Translations under genes and position numbers: made by a program
The notes under the pieces: model-generated
Database searches by the model: none
What the model was told of the DNA's origin: nothing
Seen by the model: only the letters and a program-made list of their open reading frames with translations
Shown here: one piece after another, positions 61,013-64,000 of the stretch
Layout of the letters: every line of letters begins with the position of its first letter
How positions within the stretch are numbered: the stretch's first letter is position 1
Source: an uncultured Clostridia bacterium
GTDB lineage: Bacteria > Acidobacteriota > Aminicenantia > UBA2199
Direction of reading: 5' to 3'
Assembly (NCBI GenBank): GCA_964633415.1
Contig: CAZWFY010000009.1
Coordinates: 7,389-71,388, forward strand
Length of the DNA: 64,000 nucleotides

Positions 61013-62692
61013 ATGGAGCTTGACTATAAAGGAAGAACATTTTCTTTTTCAAAAAATAAGAGGAAAAAAAGAAAAAGAAGAGTTGTTATTATATTATTTT
61101 CCCTGCTGTTTTTTCTTTTGGTAACTCTTTACATCTCTCATAGCGATTACGGTAAAATAAAAAAGATTGAATCACTGCTTCTTACAAATAGACTTAACAA
61201 AGCTGAAAAAGTTTTTAATGATATAAAAAATTCTTTTTTTCATAAAAATTCAAAGAGAGAACTTAAAGCCTTAATATACCTCTTTAAAGGAAAACTCAAA
61301 ACCGGAAATGATATATTGAAAAAGCTTAAAGTAAAGAGATCATATATTAATTATAAATCATTTCTGGATTTTTTTTCCTACAATTCAAAATATGATCTTT
61401 TAAAAATTTATTCCGAATTTCTTTATGATTTTTACAATAGGGATCCCGAACTGCTTATCTCAATTGCTTCGGCATCATCGGCACTTTATCTGCCGCAAAA
61501 ATCAGACAAATTTTTAAAACTTGCGATTGAATCCGGAGAAGATCAAAATAGTGGAAAGATAAAAATATTAAAGGATATAAATAAAACCTTAAGAAGTGGA
61601 AAGATCAATTTTGTGTTTGACTCCAATAAAGACCCGATAGCATACTATGACATTGCAAAAAGAGAAGCTGTTCCTATGATAAAAGGATTTGACTTCTCTG
61701 AATTCGGCAGATCCGTAAGAACCGGAATCAAGTTTTTCACTCTTACCATTGATAAATTTGTTCAGGATAAGGTGGACAGACTATTCAGAGGGAAACACGG
61801 ATCTCTTGTTTTTATAGATCTTGATGACGGAAGTATTATTTCCGCTTATTCCAAACCATTTAATACAAATTTTCCAAACTCTGCATTTACAGAAAAATAT
61901 GAACCCGGATCAATAATCAAATGCATAACAATGTTTTCATACCTCAATTCTCAGGTTGATGACATTTTTCCGTTTAACTGCAAAGGTAATATGCTTATCG
62001 ACGGCAAAATTTTTTACGACTGGATAAAACACGGGAATCTGAATGATCCGGTCACGGCTCTCGCCCGATCCTGCAATCTATCCTTTGCCAAAATGGGGAT
62101 TTTGATTGGAAAGCAGAAGCTGTCCGACACTCTGAAACTTTTCCGGTTTAACAACCCTCCGATCAACGACCTTTTTTTAAAATTAAAGACGGGAAGTTTT
62201 AATGAAAACATCAACAATGATTTTTCACTTGCCAAACTATCCATAGGACTTAATGAAATAGAGGAGACTACATTTCATATGGCATTAATCAGTTCATTGA
62301 TAGCATCAGACGGAATCTCCGCATCTCCTTTTTTAATCATAAACAGAAAGAATATTTTAAAACTCGGTAATTATTACCATAAATCATCTGTTATGGAAGT
62401 AATGAAAAACAACATGGCATACAGTAAGATTCGGTTTGCCATGAACCGTGTCGTTGAAGATAAAAACGGAACCGGAAGAAGAGCAAAAAAAGACAACTTA
62501 AAATTTGCAATTAAAACCGGAACGGCAGGGAGTAAGAAACTTGGATTCGACTCTGTTATTATTGGTTTTTTCCCCTATGAATCTCCAAGATTTTCATTTG
62601 CAATCAGGCTTGAAAGAGCGGGAAAAGCAGAATTAGCGGGAGCCGGATTCCTTAAAGATTTTTTAACCGGTGTTACGGAAAGGAACAGATAA
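61013..62692 (+). CDS. Membrane-anchored penicillin-binding transpeptidase-domain protein
   Basis: SxxK (GSIIK), SxN (SCN) and KTG (KTGTAGS) motifs in order. GSLVFIDLDDGSIISAYS resembles the PBP2/FtsI start of the TP domain. N-terminal TM plus a non-canonical helical N-domain. Confidence 0.65.
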   Translation: MELDYKGRTFSFSKNKRKKRKRRVVIILFSLLFFLLVTLYISHSDYGKIKKIESLLLTNRLNKAEKVFNDIKNSFFHKNSKRELKALIYLFKGKLKTGNDILKKLKVKRSYINYKSFLDFFSYNSKYDLLKIYSEFLYDFYNRDPELLISIASASSALYLPQKSDKFLKLAIESGEDQNSGKIKILKDINKTLRSGKINFVFDSNKDPIAYYDIAKREAVPMIKGFDFSEFGRSVRTGIKFFTLTIDKFVQDKVDRLFRGKHGSLVFIDLDDGSIISAYSKPFNTNFPNSAFTEKYEPGSIIKCITMFSYLNSQVDDIFPFNCKGNMLIDGKIFYDWIKHGNLNDPVTALARSCNLSFAKMGILIGKQKLSDTLKLFRFNNPPINDLFLKLKTGSFNENINNDFSLAKLSIGLNEIEETTFHMALISSLIASDGISASPFLIINRKNILKLGNYYHKSSVMEVMKNNMAYSKIRFAMNRVVEDKNGTGRRAKKDNLKFAIKTGTAGSKKLGFDSVIIGFFPYESPRFSFAIRLERAGKAELAGAGFLKDFLTGVTERNR

Positions 62693-64000
62693 ATGAAAAA
62701 ACGACTCTCTTTCATATTTATTGTATTATTTCTTCTTAACTATCTTTCTTATTCGATAACGGTTGTATTCCCGTTTAAAGTGAGCTTGAAAGAGGATAAA
62801 TCATTACAATGGCTCGGTAAAGCGGTATCTTTGTATATAGATTGCGGATTCAAGCTGAACGGCATTAACTCTTTTAGTAATGCGGATACCGATTCTTTTC
62901 TAAAAAAATACAGGATAACCTTCCCCTACAATATCTCTAAAGCACTATTAATACACATTTCCAAAGAGATAGGAGCAGACAGGCTGATATGGGGGGAGAT
63001 CTCATCATCGGATAATTTAAAAAACCAATCTCCGAGACACATAATCATCAAAACCTTTGTAATAGACATCAAAAATTTCACACAAAAATATCTTCCGGTT
63101 ATTAAAGGAATTCCCGGAAATATTTTCGAGATGGAACAGAAACTATTTAACTATGTTTTTAACCTCTATTCTCCCGGAAAAGATCAAATTATTTTCCCTG
63201 ATATTGAATTTGACAAATCAGGTTATGAAATATTTGTAAAAGCAATGTTAATAGACAATTTTGAAGAAAGAATAAAATTATTTAAAAAGATCCCTGTTGA
63301 TAAAGATCATACTTCCGACCTGCTTAATCTTGAGTTGGCGAAATCTCTTTTTTTTACAAATTCAAGTAGTGAAGCGGAAGAATATTTAAAAAAGATAGAA
63401 GATGACAGTTACCTGAAAGGTGAAAAATGCTTTCTTTTAGGGATAATAAACTATTTCGACGGGCAAATGGATGAATCAATGAATAATTTCTCCAAAGTTT
63501 TAGGAACAAAGGTATTCACAGCAGAGGCTCTCAGTAACTACGGAATGCTCTTAGGTTTGACTCATGACTATAAAGAAGGAATAAAATATCTTAAAAGATC
63601 TCTGAAGATTAAAAAGACCGACGAAGCCTATCTTAATATAATGTATATATATATGCTTGATAAAAGATTATCCGAAGCTAAGAGTGCCCTCGTTTCAGCA
63701 CTCACAAAATTTCCATACTCCGATGATCTTAGAAATATACTGAAAAAATTTCTCGATGAATTTCCACTTTCAAAACGGGCAAGTGAAGTTTTTTCAAAAT
63801 ATATCCCGGGGTTTAATATCGGGAATAAAAAATATAGGATCCATTTTAAACTTATAAATCCTTTCATTCCGGGAATCAACGATGAGTCTTCCACAGGAAA
63901 TATCGGATCGGAATATAACGGAGCAAACGACAACCCCGATCCTATGATTAATGAACTGGACAGGAAGCTTTGGAAAAATCCTTTTTCAGGAGACTCATAC
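62693..64000 (+). CDS. Secreted TPR-repeat protein (partial, continues past window end)
   Basis: ATG directly follows the upstream stop. Signal peptide MKKRLSFIFIVLFLLNYLSYS. Open to the window end with TPR-like repeats (AEALSNYGMLLG..., AYLNIMYIYML...). Not in the ORF track because it has no stop. Confidence 0.55.
   Translation, partial: MKKRLSFIFIVLFLLNYLSYSITVVFPFKVSLKEDKSLQWLGKAVSLYIDCGFKLNGINSFSNADTDSFLKKYRITFPYNISKALLIHISKEIGADRLIWGEISSSDNLKNQSPRHIIIKTFVIDIKNFTQKYLPVIKGIPGNIFEMEQKLFNYVFNLYSPGKDQIIFPDIEFDKSGYEIFVKAMLIDNFEERIKLFKKIPVDKDHTSDLLNLELAKSLFFTNSSSEAEEYLKKIEDDSYLKGEKCFLLGIINYFDGQMDESMNNFSKVLGTKVFTAEALSNYGMLLGLTHDYKEGIKYLKRSLKIKKTDEAYLNIMYIYMLDKRLSEAKSALVSALTKFPYSDDLRNILKKFLDEFPLSKRASEVFSKYIPGFNIGNKKYRIHFKLINPFIPGINDESSTGNIGSEYNGANDNPDPMINELDRKLWKNPFSGDSY

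Noticed and set aside
63628-63933. Antisense 101-aa ORF inside the terminal TPR gene
   Set aside because: It lies entirely within the TPR-protein CDS on the opposite strand.

Overview
This 64 kb window is AT-rich (about 30% GC) and densely coding. It appears to come from a diderm bacterium: BamA, TatA, a TonB-dependent receptor, tricorn and M23 peptidases and many TPR fusions are present. The lineage is probably an FCB-superphylum or candidate-phylum genome, but that assignment is uncertain. Most genes are housekeeping: tyrS, secA, guaB, lepA, pgi, gdhA, an aspartate aminotransferase, a four-subunit 2-oxoacid:ferredoxin oxidoreductase, rdgB, mgtC, tatA and a cysK-like gene. I found no tRNA, rRNA, CRISPR array or obvious mobile element. 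Features worth a second look are: (1) a six-gene minus-strand signalling island at 36.0-41.9 kb (PAS/HK/REC/HPt hybrid kinase, two Roadblock/LC7 MglB-like proteins, a ParA/MinD-like ATPase, a REC-DUF4388(PATAN-like) regulator and a di-iron/MBL ODP-like protein) that resembles an Mgl-type polarity module without its GTPase; (2) an operon of an RlmN/Cfr-like radical SAM enzyme lacking the extra conserved Cys, an FNR/TrxR-like flavoprotein and an isochorismatase-like hydrolase; (3) a UXS-radical SAM-Zn-ribbon methyltransferase-UbiA prenyltransferase-MgtC-RdgB operon suggesting prenyl-linked pentose/glycolipid chemistry; (4) tandem GWxTD-domain paralogs with a VWA-related protein and a TPR/CarbopepD protein; (5) a sulfatase-fold enzyme with Thr/His at the formylglycine site fused to a long TPR domain. 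All calls rest on motif recognition by eye. No database searches were run.
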